DNA of 64,000 nucleotides from Albugo candida (Eukaryota): NCBI GenBank assembly GCA_040437565.1, contig JBDOQK010000011.1, positions 496,001 to 560,000 of the forward strand, read 5' to 3'. Shown piece by piece: positions 47,301 to 61,120 of this stretch (position 1 is its first letter; each line of letters starts with the position of its first letter). The notes under the pieces were generated by a model. It saw only the letters and a program-made list of their open reading frames with translations, ran no database searches and was not told where the DNA came from. The position numbers and the translations under genes were made by a program.

Positions 47301-48936
47301 TCTTTTGTATGATATCTGCTTGTGAGACGTCGAAAATAGCGATTTTTCCTCGAGTATCACCTGCAGCAACTTGTGTACCATCTGGTCTTATCGCGAGAGT
47401 GCGAAAGCATGGCATCTTCCACGTGCCATCCGATACATATTGTGGCGGATTTCTCTCATCTTCGGCCTCGTAGTACACTACCCGAAGCATCTCTTGGCTG
47501 TACGGACACTTGTACTTGCTATTACACCATTCAATCCCCTTCTTTAGCGACTTGTGAAGCTCAAGATGCCAAAAGCGCATCGTGTTGTCCTCAGAGCATG
47601 ATACAAAAGTGCAATTTGGCAGTGAATTTATACTCGTTTGATTTGAAATATCAGTCGCTTGATGCTCATAGATCATTCTTCCTCTCGGGCTAACGCCAAT
47701 CGCACGGCCGTGAGCTCGAAGATCGGTAATGCGACCACTATGAAAGACAAAAGAGCGATACAATGCAATGTTTTCAAGATCGGAAATCTGATACACGAAC
47801 AAAAATCGATTACTGTAAAGAACGACAGCGTGACATCCCGTCACCACTACGGCTGTTACCAATGGGTATCTGTGTGGATGCTCAGGTACCAGCGATTTTT
47901 TCGATTCGATGTAGGGCTCATTTGCCTTCCCAAATGCTGGAGGAAATGGTAATGTCCCTCGATAAGCCAAAGTGGATGGATCAAATAAGCGTACAACTGA
48001 CGATGCCCCACCGACAATCACATACGCTTCGCTTGCGGCAACGGAGAACCCCTTTGAGCTTTCGAGTGATACAATCCTTTCCAGTGCTCCGCCAATTCCG
48101 AAAGCACACAGTACTCCGTCTGATGTGAGAGCATACACTTTTCCATCATTTTCTCCAAAACCACACGTTACACTGGTAAATGTAGATTCTTGCTTGGCCG
48201 ACATATTAGCTTTACGATGTCGAAGCTCTGGTATTGTCTTGACACTTTTTCCTGTCATCTGAAAGTGATTCGCTTCCATACACCAAAACTATCGGAGTAT
48301 TACAGTCAACTCATACAATCGACAATGAAAACAATAAATACATACTCGCACATGTTGTTCGCCAACTGTGACAAAATAATTGCCACGATTGCTAAAGTCA
48401 ATTCCGAATACGCGCTCGTGAACTTCAGCAGCTCCAATGGGATTCTTCGAATCATTTCCAATTTTCCATACGTACATGAGATGATCTTTTTCGACTCCTA
48501 CTGAGACCACATACGAGTTGTCATGACTGAAAGCCATGCACACAACTCGATAGCTCTCGAGACGAAACTCAGCATAAAGCTCCCCCATCTCGAAATCCCA
48601 AACTGTTATCGCACAAGTATCCCCGTACTCACTAATAGCGAGATACTTTCCATCAGGAGAGAAGACGACACTGGTGATGGATTGCTCTACGCGATAGTAG
48701 CGTATTTGTCGATTCCTTCGAAGGTTATAGATGACAACAATACACCCTGCGACGTATGCGATCTCTCCTGTTCGCCGGTTAACACTTATCATATTATTAC
48801 TGCGTGCAGTGATGCCCAAAACGCGCTCTAATGTGAGATGGCATTGCATCTCCGTCTGATTGTCGGCATCCGAACTCTCATTTTGTCGACATGGTAGCTT
48901 TTCTGAAGATGAAGCGACATGGTTCGAAAGTGTCAT
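44312..48936 (-). CDS. WD40 protein of the MAPKBP1/WDR62 family, multi-exon (exons below 44677 tentative)
   Basis: LTLERVLGIT, YVAGCIVVIYN, FVSCSEDNTMRFWHL, LLASGGKD, GHDGEITGLQFLPDGRRLVSSSSDGCIFVWRL. Confidence 0.83.
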
Positions 48937-49416
48937 GTAAAAATTATATATGACGATATCAATGGCTCATGAATCGATTCATTGCGTCGTTTGAGATATC
49001 AGTTACCACTGTGATTATGACAATCAGAACGGAAGAAATGGTTTTCTGTGGGCAGCAACGTGCGTGGAAGCGCTGCGAGCGGTAGGTGAAATTCATCGCG
49101 CTGTTGATGACGCAATATCCCTTTAGTTGTGTGATACATTGCCTGAGTCGACGACACTGTCTGCTACAATGGAAGCGAATCGATCGACGAAATAGCCTTT
49201 CATCTCAGCTAGAACACTCTAAATTGAATAACGAATAAATACACTGTATGAGAAACTTTTCGGATTCTTTACGCTACGAACTATTCGATAATCGTCAAAG
49301 CGGCTTTGCGGCATTATAGTAGAGCTCCACTATTTTTACTCGAATTCGTCTTTCGCAATACAAATTCCGAATGTTTTTCGGCTGTTAACGGTACTTAGTT
49401 TTAGGTACGATAAAGC

Positions 49417-52400
49417 ATGCGATGGTATTCTCTCCATCCTAGCTTGCCGGCGAAAGCGGTATTACGTATTCGAAGCTCACCCAGCAGTGATGCAGCAGTT
49501 TGTGGTCGTGTCTCCAAAGGAAAAGCGCTTATGGTGGCAAAGAGCGATACTCATAGGTCCAATTGGTTTCACGTAAAATTTCCGTCAGAACACAATGCAA
49601 TGGAATATGTGGAAGGGTACGTAATGGCTTCTTTACCGGACGGAACCAACTTACTAGTCCCTTGGGAAGAAGCAGGTACAGCCTGCGAATCATTTCTCAC
49701 GCTTTGATTTATTGATTTTCTATCAACAGGCTTTCTGGAGTGTGTACGAGTTTATGATCCCAATGTTCTTGTCCACGGGGACCCTTCCTCCAGCGATAAT
49801 ACCATGGGAAGTATCGGGGATGAAAATGGAAATCAATACCCTTTTGGGGTTTTGACTGTCGATGGCCCATTCGTTCGAATTTTTCATGATATTTATGAGA
49901 GTTGCTGGATTGACTCGAGGCATTGTGAGACAATATGCAAAAGGATGCATCACAGAGACTGCCAAAGTATGAATAACACCGACTTCATATTCGTATCGAT
50001 TTTTATAGCAACTCTAATATGTTATGGTAGCGCCCCATGCATTTTACTTATTGAATCCTGAGCTCCCAAATGAAGCACAAGTGGCGGTACGCGACTTCTC
50101 CGCTAAAGAAGCAGATTGTGTCGGCAGGTTGGAACATGGACAGATTGTCGAGGTACATTACAAAAGCGAGAATTGGCTACAAATGTGTATGTCGAAATCA
50201 CAGACTTTTTGGTTAATGGAACGGACTGATACAGTGCAGTTACTGGTCGAAGCTCAGGATCATCGATCCCCTCAGTGCGATTTGATCAGCATGGAGGNNN
50301 NNNNNNNNNNNNNNNNNNNNNNNNNNNNNNNNNNNNNNNNNNNNNNNNNNNNNNNNNNNNNNNNNNNNNNNNNNNNNNNNNNNNNNNNNNNNNNNNNCAA
50401 CTCTAATATGTTATGGTAGCGCCCCATGCATTTTACTTATTGAATCCTGAGCTCCCAAATGAAGCACAAGTGGCGGTACGCGACTTCTCCGCTAAAGAAG
50501 CAGATTGTGTCGGCAGGTTGGAACATGGACAGATTGTCGAGGTACATTACAAAAGCGAGAATTGGCTACAAATGTGTATGTCGAAATCACAGACTTTTTG
50601 GTTAATGGAACGGACTGATACAGTGCAGTTACTGGTCGAAGCTCAGGATCATCGATCCCCTCAGTGCGATTTGATCAGCATGGAGGACAAATGGAGTCAT
50701 CCGCAATCAGAACCGAGTCAAAGTGATACAGTCGTGAGTATGTCAGAGATCGAAAATGCTGTCGATGATACCACAAAAAGTATCACGCCTCTGAAGTGCA
50801 AGCAACAACTCACGGAAAGTGGCAAAGAAGAGTGCGAAAAGGCGGAGGACGCGTCCAACGAAAATGAATTGCGGGAAAGTGAACCGAACAACGTACAAAC
50901 ACAGTCGAACGCGGTCGACGATGCAAGGAGCGATTCAATGCATACCACGATTTGCTGTGCTGTGGTAGAGGAGGTGACTCATGAGAGTCCATCTGAGGGT
51001 GGGGAAAATTGTGATCAATGCGAAATGGACGACCTTGAATCAGTTATCGATGATCAAGCCACACCTAACAACGTGGAACGTGGAGAAATCGACGAAGAAG
51101 ATGAAGATTTGATGGAGCAAATTCACGAAATGGAAGTATCTATCAATGAAATCGAAATTGATTTATCTCAGAGTGATGATGACATCAATATGGATGGTGA
51201 TGAATCCGTTGAGGCATCAGGGGGCAATGAGTTGACTAAAGCTGATGAGAAACCAGACAATTCTCACAATCTCAACGTTACAAATGAACAGAATGCTTCC
51301 GTTTGGGATTGGGATGAACGGCCACTCACGGGAACGAAAGCTATGTACGGTGCCGATCTACCCGCAGAAGCACATGACACCCAGGGTGTAGAGGATGATA
51401 CAAATACACTTGGAAATGACGGATGTCCGAAATCTACGATTGGAAGCACTTTAGCAGTGAAAGCCATCATCCGATCAATTGAATACTGTACAGAAGAAGC
51501 GTCCACGTCAACGACTAGTCCGTCATCGAGCTTGCTCTTACCTGTACTTTCCGAAAGAGAGTATTCTCCGCATTCTGTATTCCATGATTCTTCAATACCA
51601 CAAGTGATGGTGGAGACCGCCGAGGAATGCATTGGGACAGCTCAACAGAATATTGTGTCAAGCAGTTTGGATNNNNNNNNNNNNNNNNNNNNNNNNNNNN
51701 NNNNNNNNNNNNNNNNNNNNNNNNNNNNNNNNNNNNNNNNNNNNNNNNNNNNNNNNNNNNNNNNNNNNNNNNCTGTACAGAAGAAGCGTCCACGTCAACG
51801 ACTAGTCCGTCATCGAGCTTGCTCTTACCTGTACTTTCCGAAAGAGAGTATTCTCCGCATTCTGTATTCCATGATTCTTCAATACCACAAGTGATGGTGG
51901 AGACCGCCGAGGAATGCATTGGGACAGCTCAACAGAATATTGTGTCAAGCAGTTTGGATATTCAGACAATAGCAGAAGCTTGTGAAAATGCACAACCGAG
52001 TCGCGTGGATGAAAGTGTACCCAATGCAAATGCTACGTCTGAAAAGAGCAATGAAAGCGTCACGATACCACAGACCGAACATGAGCTTGAATGTCAGTAC
52101 GGCAGAACTGATCTCTCTCTGAGCTTGGATGCCCACAAAGTCCATTCTGACACGGCTAAAGGCATAGAACATCCGCTCAAGTTGCAAGTATCCACACCAG
52201 CGGAATCTGACGAGCCTGTTCCGGCTCATTCACAAGACTGCCATGCGGCATCAAAGATGGAAGAGGTCGAGGTGAATCGAACCTCAGTTCCCGAATTCCA
52301 GGACCAAGTTCTGGATCAAACGTGTGAGCTCAAACCTGGAAGGGATACTGATAAGATATTGGGGGATCCCGAGACCGAACGTGACGGAGCACAACATGAA

Positions 52401-53879
52401 AATACATCCAATTCGAAAAAAGTAGAAGGTTCCACGTATGCTTTAGCGCAATATTCCCAAGAATTAGATGAATCAGGCGAGACGACCGAAGATGAGGCTT
52501 GGATGCAGAATATAACCGACGATGAAATTCCTCTTCTCGAAGAGGATTTACAGTCTATTGAAAGCATCAAATCTGCTGCATCTGCTCCATTCCAAAACGA
52601 CTTGAGGGCTACTCAGGAAGACGTAGAACATGTGGATACAGCAATCGGGGATATATCCATAGAGGAGGAGGGACCACTTTCAAAAGCGTTGGATGCAGCG
52701 CAGGTAACAAATCAGCTGCGGGGTCTTGACTATCTGAAACAGTATGGCGTCAAAGAATTCTGTCACGAACGTCTCAATCTTTTAGGCAAAAACACAAATC
52801 ACGAAGCATTCCAAGCAGCGCAAGCTGTTATAAATGCAACAACCGGTGATGATTTACTCGAACAGATGGATACCATGGAAGCAGATTCGTACACCTCCCC
52901 AGTTAAAAATCTGTTCTTCCCACCTAATGTCGACCATGTCGTCCCTTACTCGGCCGATGCGTTACTGGACGTGCTGTACTCACGCGTGTCGAAAGAACCT
53001 ATCGTAACAGCGAAGAATGGTAGAAATCCACAATTTTGTCATTCCGATGGTCCCACTCGAAAATCCGCATTTCAGAAGTTGATGAAAAGAAAAAAGGAGC
53101 AATGGTCTCGCGAACACGAGTCTGAGACGGCAGATTCGGGTCCGAGTGTGTTTCACATGATTATGGATGACGCAGATCCAATCGACTTACTGAAGGCGGA
53201 GTGTGATGGAGTTGATGTCCTAATGCAGGACGATTTCTCGCTACTTCGATCATTCGAGTATCATAAGCCAAAAACCACAAAGAATCGAGTTCAAGAGCTA
53301 CAGAAAGAACGATCAGATGTTTGTCGTCCGACCTCATTCTCCTCGCCCGACATGAAGACTCTATTGAGATCAAAGACGCTCAAGCGTGCAGCATGTGCCA
53401 TTTCCAAAACACCGCCTTTGAGCGGTAAATCAAATAAATCGAAAATTGATCCTTTGGACGATTCAAGCACAGGACGCAATACTCTATCACTAAATCAACG
53501 CCTTTGGGCAGATCTTCCAAAGAAACCTGCAAGCACATCCTCTCTTCAAGCGGAGCGTCCACCTGCTGCTTCAAGCTCCAATCCTCACTATAAATATTCA
53601 GCTTCCGTATCCTCAGCGACATCGTTGATGTCGGAACGATGCAAAAACATCTTGATGAAAAGAGCAAATACCGCCGAGCACCTCCAGGCTGGCTCCGGTA
53701 CGCTTCGTCGGAGCTTTTTACAAAAACCGAGTGCGACATCATCATTGAGGACCTTGAGGTCAGAAAGTCAAATGGATCAAGGATATGCTCGCTTGAGTCT
53801 CCCATCTCGATCCAAGCTAGAACTCGCACGATCGTCTGCTGTGGCCAATGTTACACGCTTCAATGTATCCAAACGCTAA
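49417..53879 (+). CDS. Large protein with N-terminal SH3b-like repeats and long acidic/low-complexity region; broken by duplications at gaps 50298-50397 and 51673-51772
   Basis: Spliced exons from 49417; repeats LRIRSSPS..VCGRVSKG..NWFHV and VAVRDFSA..CVGRLEHG..NWLQM; reading frame continuous once the duplicated flanks are collapsed. Confidence 0.7.
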
Positions 53880-54625
53880 CTGAAGGACTCAACTAATAGC
53901 ACGTTCACATCTACCCACACACTCGACTATTGTCTCGTGTCAAAAGAGCTGTTTCGCAATGGACGTGTACTCAATCGGTCGCTAATCAAACTCATATTCG
54001 AATCAAATCGACGTTTCGTAAGTTTATTGTTGGCTTTTGTGTGGCATTTCCATGAAATGTGTCCATTTTGCCAATTTTCTCGCTATTTTTGATAATGAAA
54101 TAAAGTCGCTATACTTTTGACTACGATTAATGATCGGTGTTGCTCTTTGTAGTCTGAGGCATTCTATCGAATAAAAGATTTGGATCGAAGTGCCATTGGT
54201 TAGAAATATGTGTTGAGCTTGTACTGCAACTATCACAAGGAAAATAGCACGTAAGGTTCGAGAAAGCAAGAGCTTTGATCGCGCCGACCGCCCTCAGAAA
54301 CGATGACGAACGCGCAGAAAAGTAATTGATTGACCATTCTTTTAAATCATAAAGTTGAGGACAAAGAAGCACTCAATTTTTGATGAGATACGTATCGCTA
54401 GCATTTGCGATTTGATACGAAAAGTCTAGCTTCATCCACATTGACAAGAAATCACAAAATTGTGTTCCGCTCCCGTGTTCCCATCGGTATGTATTCATAT
54501 CGAGCCACAGCTGGTCAATAACTTAATTGTGAAGTATCCATATGCTCTCAGACAATCGAAATCGACAAGCATGGATAAGCTGAGATTTAATTGTGCGGAT
54601 TCAAGCGGTATTTCACTTTGTACGG

Positions 54626-57600
54626 CTACAAAGGCATCGAACGGAGCTTTCGTCTGAATCCTTTTGTGTGCTTGGAATGATACTGAGCTTGGATATTCTG
54701 ATTTCTATGCTGTCGGATCGTATCATAAAACTGCTCCATTTCTTCCGTCTCTGAAGCCTCTGCCTGTTTTGCAATACTCCGCTGTGTTCTTCTAATATTC
54801 AAGGACGTCGCTTTCCCAATCTCAATCTGCTTTTGGATGTGTATGGCATCAGCATAAATGGGACGTATGTTGACGTGATGCAGAGTTTCGTGTACTCGCT
54901 TCCACATCGTTGCGGTCTGTAATGCGACGTACTCCTTCACACCTTCAAGTAGAAGCCTCTCCTGAACTGACAATTCCAAAGCGCATGAATCAAGAGCTTC
55001 CGCCGAGATCAAACTGAAAATAATTGAAACTCTGATCGTGGAAACGTCCATTTGATTCTTAAAAGGCTCAGTCGAAGGAGCGAAAGTGGAATCTGGAAGT
55101 ATGTCTATGCGAGGCTTTGGCTCGTAATTAAACCTCTGACCAAGTTCCTCGTGTACATGAGCGGCTTCCAGTGCTTCTTCGAGTCGATTAAAGGCCGCCG
55201 ACGATGGTCGTAACAAGCGACCCTTTTGCTCTGATGAGGAGAATGACCGTGATAATCCAACATCTGCCTCATTCACATGATTCCCGTCAACTTCCGAGTC
55301 AGATTGGGTGACAGTGTCACCGTCAGACATTGTATCAAACTTTGTGATACAACATTCATCGCATTTTACATTGTCCACCAATTGGAGCAGTAATTGTACC
55401 GCATTGAGCATCCTTCCTTGTTGTTTTGAGCTCTTCCAAGAAGTGAACGAAGGTACAAAAGCTGGATTCACAGCCAATTCGACAAGCGCGGCAAGGATTT
55501 GATTCCTCAGAGATTTTGTAGCAACGCACATGGCGTCCAATAATGTGGTGACTCCGTCCTCTCCTAAGAATATGAGTTCACTCGTAGCATTACCAATGAT
55601 GCATGAACGCACAGCATGTATCGCGGCGCTAAAGACACCATTCTCGATACGGGATCGTACGCATTCCTTCTCCAAGATCATCAAAACTTGATGCACTCCG
55701 TTCGCTACCTGAAAATGACACGTGTTTGCAGAGTGTTTTCGACAAAGCTCCGAAGCAACAATGAGAGCGCTACTCAGTATTCCAGAGCCTGCAGACGATT
55801 CCATTGCTTCCACGCAAATATCAACTGCTTTAAGAGAGCCCAGCTCATCTTGAAGAGCTGCATCTCGAGATGAGCATACAAACTGAGAGAATAATTGCCA
55901 TATTGCTTCCAGTTGTTGTCCGTCAACTACGCCGTTTTTGATCAGAGCCAGCAAGGTCTGATATCCACCTATTTCAGCAAAGTGTGCGTGCAGTGTCAAA
56001 CTCCACATGCTCAAAATGTCAGTTGCGAGAAGTCGTAATGCGTCATACTGCTGGGGACCCGGCATCGCCAAATTTCTATTCCGGCTGTTATTTTGATTCT
56101 TCGTCTCTAAATCCTCATAGCTGGTCTTCACGTATTGAAGTATCACTTCCACAAAGCGATAGTCAATCACCTCATTTCTAACTGCCTCATCATTACACGA
56201 AATGTGAACAATAAGGCGCCATAAAATACATTTGAACTCAAAATCTTCCATTGAAGCCGTGCTGCAATTCCGTATGTCAATTTGTTTTAAGCGAATATCT
56301 ATTGAGCTGATCCTGTCGATTTCCATGGATGTAGCATAACTCAACAAACAAGAGGTCAATCCAACGCGATGGTAGCATTCAATGGCTCGATGTCGCTGCG
56401 ATAACATGTATATGATTATCATACAATCATTACGCAAGTGCTTTTCGTGATCCCGGCTCCCGAATTGGACCAGCATCACCATGACACGCATCAGTGAGGC
56501 TACTGAGGTTTCATTGGCGAGTACAAACATAGCATTATTGACCCGGTAACGCTTCAGAAGCTCATTCCGACTGGAAAATATCTTGTTGCGCTCTAAGTCT
56601 GACTTATTCGATTGCAAAAGGTTCGAAAATATGTTGAGAAGCGGGGAGATGAATTCATGTTTTGGACTATTGATAGTATCGAGAACGACCACAAGCCAAC
56701 GAACACCGCCGAGCGCGACAAAATCCTCTGCACTGGGATTATAGGTCGAGAATCCATCAATTATACAGAGAAGTGCATATAGAATCTCAGTGTCTCTGAC
56801 TTGAACAAAGGAAACACTGTCATCCTGGGGTTTTGACTCCACTAGAGCGTCAGGATGGCGGGTAACCTCGAGAACAGGATCACAAGTACTCAGTGCTTCT
56901 AGAAGTTGGACGATGATATACACGACGTTCGCTTCTCTCATCAGTAATTGACAGTGCTTCTGCACACGCATGAGATCGTCTTTTCTTGTTTGGGAGATAC
57001 TATCAGTCAAGTTACATGCATTTGGTCCTGGTCGGACCTCTTTTGCTGCTCTAACGCTCCTAGCGTCATAATTTATTGGACCGAGGCCTAGAGAGCATGG
57101 AACCTTCAGTCTACGATTCCAAGGACAAATCGAAAGCATCAACGTACATTCTCCTTTGGTAAACCGAAGAAGAAACGCTAGGATGATTTTTTGCGTCTTA
57201 CGATTCTGAAAGACCAATAGCAGCTGACTGAGGGTCCGTAGTAACGCGCCTATCCTTTCAGAAGCTGCGAGCTCTTCATTGGATTTAAAGCGACGGAATG
57301 GCTATGGTATCAATGTCAATTATTCGATTGAGACAAAATGGTTGTAAACAGCAAAAGTGATGGACCTTGCAACAAAGCTCAATTGCATCGTGTAATACGG
57401 GCAAGAATTCCAATTGATCATTCAAAATCTTATCGCGAAGCAGCTGAAGAAACTTATTCAATAGCTCAAAACTCTCAATTTTCCACCTTCACAACGAGAA
57501 ATACAGCGATTTTGCATCACAGAATGTAGTCGAAGCATATACCCGATCGCATTTTGATAGACCACATATCGAGCCAAAGCAAGATGACGAGAAGATATTG

Positions 57601-57721
57601 TCGCTGTTTGAGGATCACTCACAGATCTGAAAATCTTGATGAATGGATCCAAATTTGAGTATTCCTTATCCTTGCATAAAGCCCCGAATGCAGCATCATC
57701 GACTTCCTCTCGCGACGTCAT
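54626..57721 (-). CDS. CFAP69: Cilia- and flagella-associated protein 69-like ARM-repeat protein, multi-exon
   Basis: N-terminal IKIF..DPQT....RHL, HLRNDC, EDFEFK, LVELAVNP..SWK and C-terminal WKRVHETL...IRP...D match CFAP69 as I recall it. Confidence 0.72.
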
Positions 57722-57888
57722 CGATGTCCTCGAACGGGCTTTGACAGAGACTGTTCATCTCTCCTGCATAGCCCGAATAAAGCACCCAATCCTGACGCAT
57801 TCTCGATTCGAAATGGATTTTGATCTTCTTTTCGGATACGTAGGGAAAGGGACTACATTCTTCTATATTTTCTTTCTGTCAGGAGCTT

Positions 57889-57902
57889 TCATTTGGAAAT
57901 TC
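57889..57902 (+). promoter_or_regulatory. Oomycete initiator + flanking promoter region (INR/FPR) core element
   Basis: TCATTTGGAAATTC fits TCATTYBNNNWTTY, ~35 nt upstream of ATG 57937. Confidence 0.55.
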
Positions 57903-57936
57903 GAGTCATAACGAGAAGATCACTTTGAATTTCACC

Positions 57937-60900
57937 ATGCGAGCTTTACTACTGCTCGCGACGGCGGTAGTCGTCACTATTTGTTCAGGCTTTGTGCTGT
58001 CAGAGCAAGCCAATGATCCTCAAGACACGAAGAAAGAAGCAAGATTTTCTGAGCGAATTGCTCGATTTGTCCGGAATGGACTTGCTGACCCACAAGCATA
58101 CATTGTTGAGCTCTTTCAGTGGAAAGAAGTACCGGAAACTTCAAATTTTGATGATTACGATGATAATGAGAATCTTGGGTGTCGCACTGCGTTGAAGCTC
58201 CTTCAGTCAGAATCCTCAGATTGGAGCAACAGCGAAGACACTTTTGCTCGGGGGATTCTGGATACCATGAAGTACACGCTACATAGTTTGAAGGGTTCAG
58301 TGGATGAAAAGGAGGAAAAGAGCTGCAAGCAATTGGCAACTACGGATCAGATGGATGAGGTATGTCTAATAAGAATTGAAGAATGGGCAATGCTAATGGA
58401 TGTGTCTCTGTGATGCAGTGTGAGAAAATTACAAACAGTCTGAAGGATGAAGCACTGGAGTATTTACACGCAGGATTATCGGAAGCAGAAGTATGCAAAA
58501 AGTTGGCTGGTGCAACAGTTGCGACTGATTACACCGGAGCAAAATATGGGTATCCAGGAAGCAATGTGAACGAGGAAGAAAAATTATTTGCTCTTGGTGA
58601 ACAAGTCACAGCCATCGTTGACGGTACTCATACTGTCGCAGGATCAGAAGTGCCGAATTCACAGAGGGGTCCATATGCCTGTAAAATGTGTCTCACGCTG
58701 GTACACTTGGTTGATGTTGCTGTTGCACAAGACTTTGAGAAAGTTCAAGAAGCACGAGAGATTATCGGGGATTTATGTGACTCAATGTCAGAACAGTCGA
58801 CGGTAAGCTTTCCTTGGTTGATTTATGCTAGTGATAGCGACGAGGAGCTCTCATTTCCATAGTGTCACCAATTTCTCGCCCGATTCGATCAGATCGTGAG
58901 CTGGATTAAAAATGGGTCAAATCCCAAATCCGTATGTGCTCGTGTCAGCATGTGTCAAGCCTCAGATCGTGAAGATGAAGAGAGAGATCAGCAATTCTTA
59001 ATCTCGGCTCTTTTGCCAGCTTTTGGGTTTGACAGTTCGGAACTCGTGACATCGGAAGAGTTCGCTGATGACCATGCGTGTGTTTATTGCACCGCTATCA
59101 CCACCATCATTCAGTATGTGGACAAGTATCAGAAAGATAGTTTACACACCGTGAAAACCGTGTTAAAGTACGCTTGTAAACTTGTTCCAAAGAATTGCAA
59201 ATGTGATGAGATGGAACATCACTTTGATGAAATTGTCAAATTGATCGAAGAGGGCAAAGAGCCTCGTGATGCTTGCAAAAGTATTGGTATATGTAAAGAT
59301 TCCGACTACTTTCCCAAAGAACTCGCGTCAAATAAGCCTTCGTCGCAAACCATACCGTTTTTACTCAACGAACTCGAAGCTTTCTTTAATCTCGACCGGT
59401 GTATTTATTGCGATTCTATCACTACGTTACTCCAGATTATAGTGGATGAAGAGCCCGACCAAGTCGATCAAATTCGGACGTATGCGGACATGATTTGCGA
59501 GATTCTCGGAAAAGATAATGAATGTCATACTTATGTGGCTCAACTCGACACGGTCATTGACGAACTCAAAAGCGGAAAGCACCCGCGAGAGATTTGCGTC
59601 GATTTAAAGTATTGTACGCGTCACTCTACCAGCACTCCAATGCCGATGCAAGAAAGGACTCCTTCTTCAGTCGATTCCTTACCTTCAGGTCTTGATCAAC
59701 ATCCTTCCGACCTCTGCTTTGGTTTTGTCAAGTTTCTCGAGTATGCCTGGAGGAGAGAGCCGAGAAATGTCTTGAAAGGGTTGGAAAACACCAAGTCGAT
59801 TTGTGTGGAATCAGGTGGCAACAAGGTGAGCAGAGAGTGTTCTTATGTTACAGTGCTGCCTCTGACTATGAGATGTATAGTGTCCAGTGATTTTGGATCA
59901 AATGGAGAAAATGACGAATTTGCTTGAGTCCAATGAATCTGCCGAAAACATTTGTGAACAATTTGAGATTTGCAACAGCGCATCGTCCTCTTCCGAGAGC
60001 TACGGATCATCACCGGAGAGCTGTATTCCTTGTCCTTTACTTTTGCAGACTGTGGACTTTATGGTGAAAAATAAGCCCGAGTTCAACTCCAATGTGGCAA
60101 CAAGTGCTGACACCCTGTGTGATGCACACGATCCCAGTGAAATGGCAAGTCGAGCGACATCGCTACGGCAAAATGGATACTGACTGTTTGTGATAGTGTC
60201 GTGCTCGGATGAAGCCTTTTGAGACTGCGGTGACATTATTGAAATCGAACGTTGCACCCGCAGCCATTTGTGCACAAATCTCAACTGCACAAGATATAGG
60301 TGGTCTCCCAAACGAGAAAGAGACCAAACTCGTGTCATCGGCTCAGCAATGCAAAAGATGCAAGCAGAATAGTGCGCTCCTAGCTTTGGCGTCCAGTAAG
60401 CACGACAAACAGCCTCAAGCGCAAGTGCAACTGGATGGCATGTGCAAACTTGTACCGCAATACTCGGATGTAAGTAAAAGTATCATAATTGAGCCTCGAT
60501 TTTAAACATACTCCTAGTGTCAACTATGGCTAACGCATCGCGATGCAATACTAAAAGGCCTATCCGAGAATGAAGACATGAGCGGAATCTGCTCCCGTAT
60601 CGGTCAGTGTCCGACGATGAAGAGCCCTAAAATCGAGAGAGCCTCGATATTTTCCACGGGATGTCTGTTTTGTGATGTTGTTGCCGAAATAATATCTTCA
60701 GCACCAAACACGGAAGCAAAATTGCAAGCGAAACGTGCGATTCAAGCAATGTGTGCCATTCTACCTCCCGATGCTCGATGTGATATTTTGGCTTCCAAAT
60801 TCGACGATTTGGCAGACCTTCTGAGCAAAGGCTCCAGTCCATCTTCAGCCTGTCATTCTGTCGGCTTGTGCCAAGCTTCCGGTGTCGAAGCAACATCAAT

Positions 60901-61018
60901 TTCTATGCAAAAAGATTTTGGGAAGCAGACGTATGAGTCAATTTTGAATGTGATGTCGGAGTATCTCCCATCCACAGAAAACAGCGACCAATTGGAAGAC
61001 GTGTCTTTGGTAGCGTGA
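57937..61018 (+). CDS. Secreted prosaposin-like protein with about eight saposin-B domains, multi-exon
   Basis: Signal peptide MRALLLLATAVVVTICSG; repeated CxxC...C..C...P..C....C units (CKMC, CVYC, CIYC, CIPC, CKRC, CLFC plus two degenerate). Confidence 0.87.
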
Positions 61019-61120
61019 AAGAGCTTCAATCCGTTCATTTGAGTTACAAAATGTTGCAGATGCATTTATATTCTATGTTTTACTTTCTAATAATCTCCAC
61101 GGCGATGGCAGCATTCTCAT

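Noticed and set aside
54024..54372. Possible Albugo CCG/CHxC effector remnant (hydrophobic stretch then SIECLRLQRA)
   Set aside because: No ATG start, the first Cys and the Gly of CxxCxxxxxG are missing, and the ORF is short.
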